63,031 nt of DNA, taken from positions 1 through 63,031 of the forward strand of contig CASFDI010000032.1 in NCBI GenBank assembly GCA_949293405.1. The letters are read 5' to 3'. This DNA comes from an uncultured bacterium. Lineage in GTDB: Bacteria; Bacillota; Clostridia; Oscillospirales; CAG-272. The notes under the pieces were generated by a model. That model made no database searches, was not told the origin of the DNA, and saw only the letters and a program-made list of their open reading frames with translations. This document shows, one piece after another, positions 5,979 to 16,100 of this stretch; positions within the stretch are counted from its first letter, which is position 1, and the number at the start of each line of letters is the position of its first letter. The position numbers were made by a program, and so were the translations under genes.

Positions 5979-8249
5979 ATGAAAATGGCGGAAAAAACCT
6001 TTATCCTGGGAAGCGCGACGGCAGCTTCCCGAAAGCGGATCGGCATTGCCCTGCTGGCATTCAGTCTTGCGGCAGTCTATCTGCTGGCAACCATTTTCCG
6101 ACTGCAGGTTTTTCAATATGATTATTATCGGAACAAAGTACTGGACCAGATCACGACCACATCGAAAATCAATGCGACACGCGGCGCCATTTATGATTCG
6201 TCCATGAATCTGCTGGCATATGAACAGAATGTATGGCGGATCTTTGTAACTCCTGTAGATATCCGAGAGGCTAAAGAGGCGGACGGAAAGCCCTATGACG
6301 AAATCATCGCGCGGGGACTTTCCGAGCTTCTGGATCTTTCTTATGACGATGTCTACAAAAAGGTGTGCGACACCAAGCACCTGGATCAGACCATCCTGAA
6401 GAAAGCCGATGCCTCCCAATATCAGTCTGTTCTGGCTTTTGTGACCGGGAACAATCTGAGTGATCTTGTACATACCGAAGCGTATACAGAGCGTTATTAT
6501 CCCATGGGAGAGTTGGCGTGTCATGTCCTTGGTTTCACCGGCAGCGACAATCAGGGACTGTTCGGTCTGGAATACACCTACGACAGTGTTCTGAAGGGGA
6601 CCGACGGTTACTATCTCTACGCAAAAGATGCCAACGGAATCGAAATGCCGAATGAATATGCCAGTTTTGTCAATGCAACCGACGGCAACAGTATTGTCAC
6701 CACGATAGACAGTTATATTCAGGCGCAGCTGGAGTATCAACTCAATGTGACAAAAGAAACCTACGGTGCGAAAAACCGTGTCACCGGCATTGTGATGAAT
6801 GTCAATACCGGCGCAATTCTCGCCATGGCAACAACAGACGGTTTCGACTGCAACGAGCCGTATACGCTCTCTGATCTTTTTGAAGCGGAGCTGCTTGCCT
6901 CCGGAACGGACCCGGATTCAGAAGCCTATAAAAAACTGCGCACTGAACTGCTGTATGAAATGTGGAACAACAAAGCGGTCAGCGAGTTGTATGAACCGGG
7001 TTCAACCTTCAAGATCATCACGGCGGCGACAGCCATTGAAACAGGTGCGGTCACCGATAATGACCGGTTCAGCTGTACCGGTTCGCTGGCAGTAGGCGGA
7101 TATCGCATTTCCTGTCACAAGAGGACAGGACACGGTAGCAATTTCACTTTTGCATACGGACTGCAGCAATCCTGCAACCCGACCATGATTCAGGTTGCAT
7201 CCCGCATCGGCGCCGAAAAATTTTATCAATATGTGGAGGCCTTCGGATACCTGCAGAAAACCGGTATTGATCTGCCGAGCGAAGCAACATCCATCTTTCA
7301 CCAACCGGATGCATTAGGCGTCACGGAGCTTGCAACCGCATCGTTCGGGCAGCGTTTCAAAGTGACCGTACTCAGCCAGCTGACCGCCATTGCGGCAGTG
7401 GCAAACGGCGGCTATCTGGTAACCCCCTACCTTGTTGAACGCATTATTGATGCGGAAGGCAATACGGTGTCCGAACACGAAACCGAAATCAAACGGCAGG
7501 TTATTTCGGAATCCACCGCACGAAAAGTGGCCTCGATTCTGGAAGAGGGCGTATCGGGCGACGGAGGAGCAAAAAACGCCGCCGTACCAGGGTATCTGAT
7601 TGCCGCCAAAACGGGTACCAGCGAAAAATTCGATATTCTGGACGAAAACGGGAACTCATATCTCCGGGTTGGCTCCTGCGTTGCCTTTGCCCCGTCCGAT
7701 CAGCCCGAGATTGCTGCCATCATTGTAGTGGATGAACCATCCACCGGCAAATACGGCAGTATCGTCGCAGCTCCTTATATCGGAGATCTGATGGCGTCGG
7801 TTCTTCCCTATCTCGGTTATGAGCCCAGCGGAGAAACAGCCCCGGCCCAGACAGAAATCCCCGATCTGCGCACCATGAGCCCCCAGAAAGCAAAAAGCAC
7901 CCTCTCGGAACTGGGCTTCACATGTGAAATTGTCGGATCAGGCTCTTCCGTTTTGTCACAGTCTCCTTCTCCCGGAACAACACTCACGGTAGGGCAAGGA
8001 AAAGTAATCCTTTACACTGATACACAGCTGTCCGATACGGTCAGCATGCCGGATCTGATCGGTATGAATATTGAAGAAGCCAATGCGAAACTGATTTCCT
8101 GCGGTCTCAACATCCATCTTACCGGCGCCAATTCGCCGCATATCGGAACCGGAGCGATCGTCTATGCCCAAAGTGTTCCGAAAGGGCAAGTGGTTGCCAG
8201 AGGAAGTCTGATTACCGTAACCGTGCTGTATGACGATGATCAGGACTGA
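5979..8249 (+). CDS. class B penicillin-binding protein (FtsI/PBP2B/SpoVD type) with two PASTA domains
   Basis: N-terminal TM anchor; STFK, SCN and KTGT transpeptidase motifs; two PASTA-like repeats at the C-terminus. The start may be the second ATG (5985), which has GAGG 7 nt upstream. Confidence 0.9.
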   Translation: MKMAEKTFILGSATAASRKRIGIALLAFSLAAVYLLATIFRLQVFQYDYYRNKVLDQITTTSKINATRGAIYDSSMNLLAYEQNVWRIFVTPVDIREAKEADGKPYDEIIARGLSELLDLSYDDVYKKVCDTKHLDQTILKKADASQYQSVLAFVTGNNLSDLVHTEAYTERYYPMGELACHVLGFTGSDNQGLFGLEYTYDSVLKGTDGYYLYAKDANGIEMPNEYASFVNATDGNSIVTTIDSYIQAQLEYQLNVTKETYGAKNRVTGIVMNVNTGAILAMATTDGFDCNEPYTLSDLFEAELLASGTDPDSEAYKKLRTELLYEMWNNKAVSELYEPGSTFKIITAATAIETGAVTDNDRFSCTGSLAVGGYRISCHKRTGHGSNFTFAYGLQQSCNPTMIQVASRIGAEKFYQYVEAFGYLQKTGIDLPSEATSIFHQPDALGVTELATASFGQRFKVTVLSQLTAIAAVANGGYLVTPYLVERIIDAEGNTVSEHETEIKRQVISESTARKVASILEEGVSGDGGAKNAAVPGYLIAAKTGTSEKFDILDENGNSYLRVGSCVAFAPSDQPEIAAIIVVDEPSTGKYGSIVAAPYIGDLMASVLPYLGYEPSGETAPAQTEIPDLRTMSPQKAKSTLSELGFTCEIVGSGSSVLSQSPSPGTTLTVGQGKVILYTDTQLSDTVSMPDLIGMNIEEANAKLISCGLNIHLTGANSPHIGTGAIVYAQSVPKGQVVARGSLITVTVLYDDDQD

Positions 8250-8297
8250 AAAAGCAAGGGATGATTCTGACATTCTGAATTCTGTGAGGTACTTTCT

Positions 8298-9797
8298 GTG
8301 GAACTGCGAGACCTGATTTCTGAAGATGAATATCGCTGTGCGATGCCGCTTCCCTCTTCTGTTCCGGTATGTGCCGTGGTACGGGATACTGCGGCGATTG
8401 TCCCGGATTGCCTGTTTGTATGCATTCGCGGAACGCGCTATGACACGCATGCGCGTCTGCCCGAAATTGCCGCTGCCGGTGCCGCCGCTGTTGTGGTTGA
8501 AATCGGTTCCAGTTTCGAACGGATTCCCGGGCTGCCCATTCTGGAAGTAAGCGATACCCGCAGAATTTACAGCCGCTTATGGGATCGGTTCTGCCATCAT
8601 CCCACGGCCCATATGCGCGTCTGGGGCATTACCGGAACCAACGGAAAAACCAGCACTGCATATATGCTCTCCTGGATTCTGCGAGATAAAAGAAAAGTGG
8701 CACTTCTCGGAACGGTGGAAGCGCGGATCGGAGATCGGATCTACACCCCCGCCTCTGCCGACCGTGAAGGGCGCAATCGTTTTACTACCATGACCACGCC
8801 GGACCCGGAACTGCTCTATCCCTTTTTTGCCTCTGGTGCCAAAGAGGGAGTTACCGATGTGGTGATGGAAGTCTCTTCACACGCCCTCGCACAGTATAAA
8901 CTGGACCCGGTCCGCTTTTTCTGTGCCGGATTCACCGGTCTGTCCCCTGAACATCTCGACTTTCATAAAACCATGGAAGAGTACGCACATGCCAAAGCAA
9001 TTCTGTTTTCAAAATCACAGCAGAGCGTGCTGCTTTCGGATGCTCCCTATGCCTCCTATATGGAAATGGCGGCAGCAGGACCGGTATTCAGAACCGGGCC
9101 GGGTGAAGAAAGCGAAATCACAGATATACGCAACCGCGCGGACGGTGTATCTTTTTCATTCCGTTACAGGCGACAAATCACCCGGGTGGACCTGCCTGTT
9201 GCAGGCGCCTTTTCCGCCCGTAATGCCTCCCTTGCAATGCGTATGGCAATGACCGACGGTATCACGCCTGCAGAAGCGGCCGCACGGCTGCGCACCCTTC
9301 CGCAGATCCCCGGACGGCTTGAACGGCTTTCCCTGAAAAATTGTCCTTTCACGGTATACATTGATTACGCACATACCGAACGCGCCATGCGTACCGTACT
9401 GTCTGAATTACGGAACATGACCCCGGCGGGAGGGCGTTTGATTGCTGTATTCGGATGCGGCGGAAACAGAGACCGAACCAAGCGGCCCCTGATGGGCAGA
9501 GCAGCCAATGACCTTTGTGATTTCAGCATTGTCACATCCGACAACAGCCGTCAGGAGGATCCGGAAATGATTATTTCTGAAATACTCAGCGGCATGCCCG
9601 ACAAAGAACGCCTCCGTGTGATTGTCCGTCGCAAGGAAGCCATCGCGTATGCTGTCCGGACTGCACGAAGCGGTGATGTGATCGTACTGCTGGGAAAAGG
9701 CCATGAACGCTATGAAATAGACCGGAACGGCATGCACCCGTTTGATGAACGGAAGCTGGTGCTTGAGGCTGTTGCAGCACAGGGAGGCGCCTTGTGA
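8298..9797 (+). CDS. murE: UDP-N-acetylmuramoyl-L-alanyl-D-glutamate--2,6-diaminopimelate ligase
   Basis: GTG start. GITGTNGKTST P-loop, a Mur ligase central domain, and TSDNSRQEDP near the C-terminus. Confidence 0.88.
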   Translation: MELRDLISEDEYRCAMPLPSSVPVCAVVRDTAAIVPDCLFVCIRGTRYDTHARLPEIAAAGAAAVVVEIGSSFERIPGLPILEVSDTRRIYSRLWDRFCHHPTAHMRVWGITGTNGKTSTAYMLSWILRDKRKVALLGTVEARIGDRIYTPASADREGRNRFTTMTTPDPELLYPFFASGAKEGVTDVVMEVSSHALAQYKLDPVRFFCAGFTGLSPEHLDFHKTMEEYAHAKAILFSKSQQSVLLSDAPYASYMEMAAAGPVFRTGPGEESEITDIRNRADGVSFSFRYRRQITRVDLPVAGAFSARNASLAMRMAMTDGITPAEAAARLRTLPQIPGRLERLSLKNCPFTVYIDYAHTERAMRTVLSELRNMTPAGGRLIAVFGCGGNRDRTKRPLMGRAANDLCDFSIVTSDNSRQEDPEMIISEILSGMPDKERLRVIVRRKEAIAYAVRTARSGDVIVLLGKGHERYEIDRNGMHPFDERKLVLEAVAAQGGAL

Positions 9798-11173
9798 GAT
9801 GTGATCTGGCATTCCCGATAACGGATGAAGAGTTCAGCCGCATCCTGCATTGCAATGTACCATCGTTCGGAATGCTTACCGGCATCACGACAGACAGCCG
9901 CACTGTGCTGCCGGGGGACTGTTTCATTGCATTGCACGGCAAGACCGACGGAGACCCCTATATCGAAGAAGCACTGTCAAAGGGAGCGGTCTGTGCCCTG
10001 TCCGGGCAGCGTTCCTCCGGCAGTATCCTGCGTGTGGCAGATCCGCTTCGGGCACTCGGACAGATCGCAAAGGTGTATCAGCAAGCACATCCGGTGCGCA
10101 CAATTGCCATCACAGGCAGTGTCGGCAAAACCACTGCAAAAGAAATGCTGAGCCTGGCACTGTCGCAAAACATACATGTTTGCGCTTCTGTGGGAAACCA
10201 TAACAATGAGATCGGCCTTCCGATGACCATTCTCGGGCGGGATGCAAAAACCGAAATGCTGATTCTGGAAATGGGAATGCGGCATACAGGAGATATTGCC
10301 TATCTTGCCGATATTGCCAAACCCGATCTGGCGCTGGTCACCGCACTCGGTACATCGCACATCGGTCTGATGGGAAGTTTTGAAGCAATCGTAAAAGAAA
10401 AACTGTCCGTAAGCAGATACCTGTCGCACAACGGTATTCTGATCTATCCTGCGGACTGCGATGAGGCATGCCGCCTGATGCAGGGCACGCCCGGCGCATT
10501 CGGTTTTTCGCTGACCGGACCGGCGCCCTTTTGTGAGCTGAGCACAGAGCAGACCGGTTCCGGCTGCTGTTCGGTTTTCCTGCTACGCGAACAACAGGTG
10601 AAACAGATGCTGACATCCGCGGCAGTTCCCATTCGCTCGGCTGCCCTGTGTGCGCTGTCGGCCTGTCAGGCAACAGGCCTGCTCACCCGGCAGGCGCAAC
10701 AGGCAATCTCCCGCTATGTTGCCTCCAACATGAGACTGGAGCGCAGACCGGTCGGGCAGGTCACTTTTCTGCTGGATTGTTACAACGCATCTCCCGAATC
10801 GGTCAAAGCTGCTTTTCTGTCGATGAAGCAGCAGGCGACAGGACGGACTGTTGCTCTGCTCGGTGATATGCTGGAACTCGGACAGTATGCGGATCTGTAT
10901 CACCGCGAAATCGGTTCCGCCGCCGCTGAGGCCGGGATATCTCTTCTGTTTCTCTACGGTGCGTATGCGCAGCAAACCGCATCGGGTGCAAAAGCGGCAG
11001 GGCTGCCGGCAGAAAACATCTTTACTTTTCCCGTGCATACTCCTCCCGGACAGATTGCAGACGCTGTACATGCTCTTCTGTCCCCGGGTGATACGGTTCT
11101 CTTCAAAGCATCCAGAGACATGCATGCGGAACGGATTGCATTGCTCGTTCAAAAGCACCTGTCCCGTGACTGA
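9794..11173 (+). CDS. murF: UDP-N-acetylmuramoyl-tripeptide--D-alanyl-D-alanine ligase
   Basis: GTGA overlap with murE. ITGSVGKTTAKEM P-loop. Position is conserved. Confidence 0.88.
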   Translation: MRCDLAFPITDEEFSRILHCNVPSFGMLTGITTDSRTVLPGDCFIALHGKTDGDPYIEEALSKGAVCALSGQRSSGSILRVADPLRALGQIAKVYQQAHPVRTIAITGSVGKTTAKEMLSLALSQNIHVCASVGNHNNEIGLPMTILGRDAKTEMLILEMGMRHTGDIAYLADIAKPDLALVTALGTSHIGLMGSFEAIVKEKLSVSRYLSHNGILIYPADCDEACRLMQGTPGAFGFSLTGPAPFCELSTEQTGSGCCSVFLLREQQVKQMLTSAAVPIRSAALCALSACQATGLLTRQAQQAISRYVASNMRLERRPVGQVTFLLDCYNASPESVKAAFLSMKQQATGRTVALLGDMLELGQYADLYHREIGSAAAEAGISLLFLYGAYAQQTASGAKAAGLPAENIFTFPVHTPPGQIADAVHALLSPGDTVLFKASRDMHAERIALLVQKHLSRD

Positions 11174-11211
11174 CGACAGCACGGACATTGTGCGGAAAGG
11201 AATGGAAACAT

Positions 11212-12201
11212 ATGTCTGTACAAATTTACGCACTGATTGCCGGTGTATTGGTATTTCTGCTTACAGCCGGTCTGACGCGCAGGCTTATTCCGGTTCTCAG
11301 AAGCATGAAGATGGGGCAGCGCATTCTCGAGATCGGCCCACGCTGGCATAAAAACAAGGAAGGCACCCCGACCATGGGCGGCATTTCCTTTCTGTTGGCA
11401 GGAACGGTTATACCGGGCTGTATGCTGCTCTTTGCCATGCGTTCATACCCGACCCGTGATCTGCTGGGGCTGCTGCTGACTCTGCTTTATGCATGCGCAA
11501 ACGGACTGGTAGGCATCACCGATGACCTGACAAAACTGCGCAAAAAGCAGAATGCCGGACTGACCCCGATACAGAAACTGGTTCTGCAGGTTGCCCTTGC
11601 AGTTGCCTATCTGGTTCTGTTACGCATTTACGGATTGATTGACACCGATATGAACATTCCGTTCACCTCCTTTACCATACAGTTGGGATGGACCTATTGG
11701 TTTTTTGCAGGTGTGTTGCTTGTGTGGGTTGTCAATTGTGCCAATCTGACCGACGGCATTGACGGGCTCTGTTCCTCGGTTACCCTGATTGTCGGCCTGT
11801 TTTTTACGGTAGCGTCCCTGCGTGAAAATCTGTTGGGCAGCGCCGTCTCAGGCGCCGCCCTTTGTGGCGCGAGCCTCGGATTCCTGATTTACAATCTGCA
11901 TCCCGCGCGTGTTTTTATGGGCGATACCGGCTCCCTTTATCTGGGGGCACTGGCGGCAGGAAGCGCCTTTCTGTACGGTTCTCCTCTGCTGATCCTGGTG
12001 GTCGGGATCGTCTATGCACTTGAGGGGGTCTCTGTGATGTTACAGGTCGGATTCTTCAAACTTACAGGTGGCAAGCGTCTGTTCAGGATGGCTCCCTTTC
12101 ATCATCATCTGGAGAAATGCGGCTGGAGTGAATATCGCATTGTAGGGGCCGCCGTAGTGCTGAGTGTCGCCGCTGCAGGGCTGTCTTTGGTGTTGCTATG
12201 A
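11212..12201 (+). CDS. mraY: phospho-N-acetylmuramoyl-pentapeptide transferase
   Basis: ORF track 11188..12201, trimmed to MSVQIYALIAG. Polytopic membrane protein with NLTDGIDGL and MGDTGSL motifs. Confidence 0.92.
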   Translation: MSVQIYALIAGVLVFLLTAGLTRRLIPVLRSMKMGQRILEIGPRWHKNKEGTPTMGGISFLLAGTVIPGCMLLFAMRSYPTRDLLGLLLTLLYACANGLVGITDDLTKLRKKQNAGLTPIQKLVLQVALAVAYLVLLRIYGLIDTDMNIPFTSFTIQLGWTYWFFAGVLLVWVVNCANLTDGIDGLCSSVTLIVGLFFTVASLRENLLGSAVSGAALCGASLGFLIYNLHPARVFMGDTGSLYLGALAAGSAFLYGSPLLILVVGIVYALEGVSVMLQVGFFKLTGGKRLFRMAPFHHHLEKCGWSEYRIVGAAVVLSVAAAGLSLVLL

Positions 12202-13385
12202 TTAAAAAGATATCTTCTTATAACTGGTTTCGAAAACTGACCGGAGGCGGTCTGCCGCCCCTCTTTATTCAGCACCCGTATGAATCCGATAAGCTTCTGT
12301 TCATTCTGATTCTTCTTCTGAGCGCATTCGGGTCGGTGATGGTGGCGAGTGCCGGATATGCCTATGCCGCCCACCGCTATGGAAATGCATTTTACTTTAT
12401 TGAGCGACAGATCGTCTGGGTGCTGATCGGCATTGCGGTCATGCTGTTTGTCTCACGCATATCCACGGAATTCTACCGCTCTTCGGCATACCTGCTTTAT
12501 GCGGTCACCGTTCTTCTTCTGATAACCGTGCTGATCCTTGGCACGGTGGGAAACGGAGCTCAGCGTTGGATCGCCATCGGCCCCATTACCATACAACCGT
12601 CCGAAATTGCGAAAACAACACTTGTTCTCACCCTTGCCAGGTATTTCAGTGATCATGCGGAAATTGCGTTCCGCAGACAGGACAAAAAGGCGACGCTCAC
12701 GCACGGTACCCTGATTCCGTTTGCATTCATCGGATGTATCTGTCTGCTGGTCATGCTGCAAAAGCATCTTTCCGGTATTATCATTATCGGATGCATCGGC
12801 ATTTTCGTCATGTATGTCTCCGGAGTTGGTCTGCGTTATCTGGGCTACTGCTGCGGCGCCGCAGGGGTTGCCGTAACCTGTCTCGCGCTGTTTACCGATT
12901 ATACCAAACGACGGATCACCATCTGGCTGAATCCGGAACTCTATCCGCTGGACGGCGGATGGCAGACTCTGCAGGGACTGATGGCGATCGGGTCGGGCGG
13001 ATTCTGGGGACTGGGACTTGGTCAGAGCCGGCTCAAATATTCCTATGTTTCCGAACCTGCAAACGATATGATCTTCACCATTGTCTGCGAGGAGCTGGGA
13101 TTCTTCGGCGCCACAGCGGTTCTCTTGTTGTTTGCATTCTTCATCTGCCGGGCTTTTCAGATCGGCAGAAAAAGTCCGGATCTTTTCTGCCGTCTTACTG
13201 CGTACGGACTGGGCGCCAAAGTAGCCATTCAGGTATTGCTCAACATCGCGGTTGTGACCAACACCATTCCCAACACCGGCATCTCTCTTCCTTTTTTCAG
13301 TTACGGGGGCTCATCCCTGATCATGCTGTTCTTTGAAATGGGCATTTTACTTGCAATATCCCGTACATCCGTTATCCGTCACTAA
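12198..13385 (+). CDS. ftsW: SEDS-family peptidoglycan glycosyltransferase FtsW/SpoVE
   Basis: ATGA overlap with mraY. Polytopic; carries the SEPANDMIFTIVCEELGFFG and PFFSYGGSS SEDS signatures. Confidence 0.88.
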   Translation: MIKKISSYNWFRKLTGGGLPPLFIQHPYESDKLLFILILLLSAFGSVMVASAGYAYAAHRYGNAFYFIERQIVWVLIGIAVMLFVSRISTEFYRSSAYLLYAVTVLLLITVLILGTVGNGAQRWIAIGPITIQPSEIAKTTLVLTLARYFSDHAEIAFRRQDKKATLTHGTLIPFAFIGCICLLVMLQKHLSGIIIIGCIGIFVMYVSGVGLRYLGYCCGAAGVAVTCLALFTDYTKRRITIWLNPELYPLDGGWQTLQGLMAIGSGGFWGLGLGQSRLKYSYVSEPANDMIFTIVCEELGFFGATAVLLLFAFFICRAFQIGRKSPDLFCRLTAYGLGAKVAIQVLLNIAVVTNTIPNTGISLPFFSYGGSSLIMLFFEMGILLAISRTSVIRH

Positions 13386-13395
13386 GGAGGCACAT

Positions 13396-14493
13396 ATGAA
13401 CATTCTGATCAGCTGCGGGGGTACTGCCGGACACATCAATCCAGCCATTGCCATTGCGGATCTGATCCGCCGCAACCGTTCCGATGCAAGCATTCTTTTT
13501 GTAGGGACACCCGATGGCATGGAAAACCGTCTGGTCTGTCAGGCAGGATACCGTATTGCGCATATTCCGGCGCGCGGATTTACACGCAGTTTCTCACCAA
13601 AAAATCTTTCTGCCGCATATTATGCAGCAGTTTCACCTTTTTTAGCCAAAAAGCTGCTCAAAAAGGAAGCAGCGCAACTGGTAATCGGAACCGGTGGATA
13701 CGCCTGCTATCCCACCGTACTGGCGGCAACCCGGATGAGTCTGCCCTCGTTTTTACATGAGTCCAACGCATTCCCGGGTCTTGCCGTCCGGAAACTGGCA
13801 ACAAAAGTCAATTGCGTCATGTTAAACGATCCGTCAGCCGCCACATATCTGCCCACCGGTACGCGTACGGCTGTTGTCGGAAATCCGGTACGCTCATCAT
13901 TTGCCTCGGGGGAGCGGGCGCAGGCGCGTGCTGCACTGGGGATTCCTCCACATGCGATATATATACTGGCATTTGGCGGAAGCCGGGGCGCCGATTCCAT
14001 TAACCGGACTATTATATCCCTTCTGCCTGAATTGACGCGAAAAGATCAGTTGTGGTTGACTCTGGGCTGCGGCCAGACAAATTATAACAGCATGCAGCCG
14101 TATTTTGAAAATCTGCCTCATCGGTTTCGTCTGGAAGCATATCTCGACCGTATGGCACTTGAAATGCAGGCAGCTGACCTTGCAATCTGCCGGAGCGGCG
14201 CGATGACTCTGACAGAACTCGCCCGTGCTGCTCTGCCCGCAATTCTGATACCGTTTCCCTATGCTGCAGCGAACCACCAGTACCATAACGCAGTCTCCTA
14301 TGCCAAAAACGGTGCAGCAATCGTATGCCAGGAAAGTGAACTGAATACAGAGGTTCTGCTCCGACATATCACCGAATTTACAGCATCTGAACCCCTCCGC
14401 AGGCAGATGCAGAACGCGGCCCGCAAGCACGATGATCCCGATACCGATGAAAAAATCCTGCACCTTTTATTTGATTCAGGAAAAAACAACTGA
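13396..14493 (+). CDS. murG: undecaprenyldiphospho-muramoylpentapeptide beta-N-acetylglucosaminyltransferase
   Basis: ORF track 13333..14493, trimmed to MNILISCGGTAGHINPAIA (AAGGAGG upstream). Confidence 0.9.
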   Translation: MNILISCGGTAGHINPAIAIADLIRRNRSDASILFVGTPDGMENRLVCQAGYRIAHIPARGFTRSFSPKNLSAAYYAAVSPFLAKKLLKKEAAQLVIGTGGYACYPTVLAATRMSLPSFLHESNAFPGLAVRKLATKVNCVMLNDPSAATYLPTGTRTAVVGNPVRSSFASGERAQARAALGIPPHAIYILAFGGSRGADSINRTIISLLPELTRKDQLWLTLGCGQTNYNSMQPYFENLPHRFRLEAYLDRMALEMQAADLAICRSGAMTLTELARAALPAILIPFPYAAANHQYHNAVSYAKNGAAIVCQESELNTEVLLRHITEFTASEPLRRQMQNAARKHDDPDTDEKILHLLFDSGKNN

Positions 14494-14594
14494 TTTTTGC
14501 GTAAAAAAGTGTTTTCAATAGACCGTCATGCCTCGATTTATCCTCCGTATACATGCACTAATGTTAATATATTGTGAACAATTCTAACGGGGTA

Positions 14595-14623
14595 TTGCAA
14601 AATCCGACACATTTTAGTATTAT
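14595..14623 (+). promoter_or_regulatory. ftsZ promoter
   Basis: TTGCAA (14595-14600), 17-nt spacer, TATTAT (14618-14623), in a 198-nt AT-rich gap. Confidence 0.5.
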
Positions 14624-14691
14624 ATAATATAAGTAAATCCTATTCTGTACAATTGGTTTTGCCTTACCAAAAAAGCACGGAGGAATGCATA

Positions 14692-15963
14692 ATGGCATTG
14701 GAATACAACGAGATTATCGAAAGCGGCGTAAATATCAAGGTCATCGGTGTCGGAGGCGGCGGAAACAATGCTGTCAACCGGATGATATCCACCAACATCC
14801 GCGGGGTTGAATTTATTGCTGTCAACACGGACAAGCAGGCGTTGAACACATCCAACGCGTCAAAACGCATCGTCATCGGTGAAAAGATTACGCGCGGTCT
14901 CGGAGCAGGAGCCAATCCTGATGTCGGTAAGCGTTCCGCCGAAGAAAGCGTAGAAGATATCAAGAAAGCCCTTGAAGGTGCTGACATGGTATTTGTCACC
15001 ACCGGTATGGGCGGCGGCACCGGTACGGGAGCCGCACCTATTGTTGCAAAAGTTGCGAAAGAAATGGGCATTCTCACCATCGGCATCGTTACCAAGCCGT
15101 TCAAGTTTGAAGGCAAGCGCCGTATGATGCAGGCGGAGAGCGGTATTGAGACCCTTCTTGAGCAGGTTGACTCCCTGATTGTTATTCCGAACGAACGGTT
15201 GCATCAGGTTTCCGAGAACCGCATTACTCTTGCCAATGCATTCGAAATTGCCGATGAAGTGCTGCGTCACGGTGTGCAGAGTGTTTCCGAACTGGTCAAT
15301 GTTCCCGGTTTTGTCAACTTGGACTTTGCCGATGTGACCTCCATCATGAAGGACGCCGGTTACGCACACATGGGTGTCGGTGCCGGTAAAGGTCAGGACA
15401 AGGCTGAATTGGCCGCCGCTTCGGCTATTTCCTCTCCTCTGCTTGAGACTTCCATTGCCGGTGCAACCGGTGTGCTGGTCAGCATCACGGCATCGCCCGA
15501 TATCGGCCTTGAAGAAGTCGATATTGCTTCCACGATGATTGCGAAAGAAGCACATCCTGAAGCAAACATCATCTGGGGTGCTGCATTTGATCCCAATCTG
15601 GAAGACGAAATGCGCGTGACCATTATTGCTACGGGATTCGATAAATCCACCATACATAACAGTGACGACAATAATTCTTTCGGAGCAGACCAGAGTGCTA
15701 TTTCCGCGGCACAGCGCAGCGCAACTGCCGCCGCGATTTTCGGTACTTCTTCCGCAGCCAAGGAACCTGCCCGCAATGCAACTCCGGCTCCCGCAGCAGC
15801 CGCTACGCCCGCTCCTCAGCCCGTAGTTGTAACCGATAGCGAACCCGCGCCTGCTCCTGCAGCTGCGCCCGCACCGGAACCCGCCCCTGCCAAGAACGAC
15901 GGAGTGCTGTCGGACGACGAACTCAACGATATTCTCTCGATTCTCCGTAAAGGAAGAAGCTGA
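14692..15963 (+). CDS. ftsZ: cell division protein FtsZ
   Basis: ORF track 14653..15963, trimmed to [21 protein letters not shown] and [10 protein letters not shown] tubulin signatures, a long Pro/Ala-rich linker and a conserved C-terminal peptide ([14 protein letters not shown]). Confidence 0.95.
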   Translation: MALEYNEIIESGVNIKVIGVGGGGNNAVNRMISTNIRGVEFIAVNTDKQALNTSNASKRIVIGEKITRGLGAGANPDVGKRSAEESVEDIKKALEGADMVFVTTGMGGGTGTGAAPIVAKVAKEMGILTIGIVTKPFKFEGKRRMMQAESGIETLLEQVDSLIVIPNERLHQVSENRITLANAFEIADEVLRHGVQSVSELVNVPGFVNLDFADVTSIMKDAGYAHMGVGAGKGQDKAELAAASAISSPLLETSIAGATGVLVSITASPDIGLEEVDIASTMIAKEAHPEANIIWGAAFDPNLEDEMRVTIIATGFDKSTIHNSDDNNSFGADQSAISAAQRSATAAAIFGTSSAAKEPARNATPAPAAAATPAPQPVVVTDSEPAPAPAAAPAPEPAPAKNDGVLSDDELNDILSILRKGRS

Positions 15964-15996
15964 TAATCAGGCTTTTTCGTGTTATGAGAGGCATAA

Positions 15997-16038
15997 ATAA
16001 AATACAGCCTGCCGCGCATGCGGCAGGCTGTATTTTTT
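15997..16038. terminator. bidirectional intrinsic terminator between convergent ftsZ and pfp
   Basis: ACAGCCTGCCGC-GCAT-GCGGCAGGCTGT (16004-16031), flanked by an A-run upstream and TTTTTT downstream. Confidence 0.8.
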
Positions 16039-16100
16039 CTGATATACCGGGAAGCAAAGGAATCAGATCGAGCAAAACGCTCCCTTCTGATCCGGTTCGG

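Noticed and set aside
15770-15900. Repetitive GC-rich GCN/CCN DNA that looks like a tandem repeat or short array.
   Set aside because: It is in frame within ftsZ and encodes the Pro/Ala-rich linker ([13 protein letters not shown]...[15 protein letters not shown]). There is no spacer-repeat periodicity, so it is not a CRISPR array.
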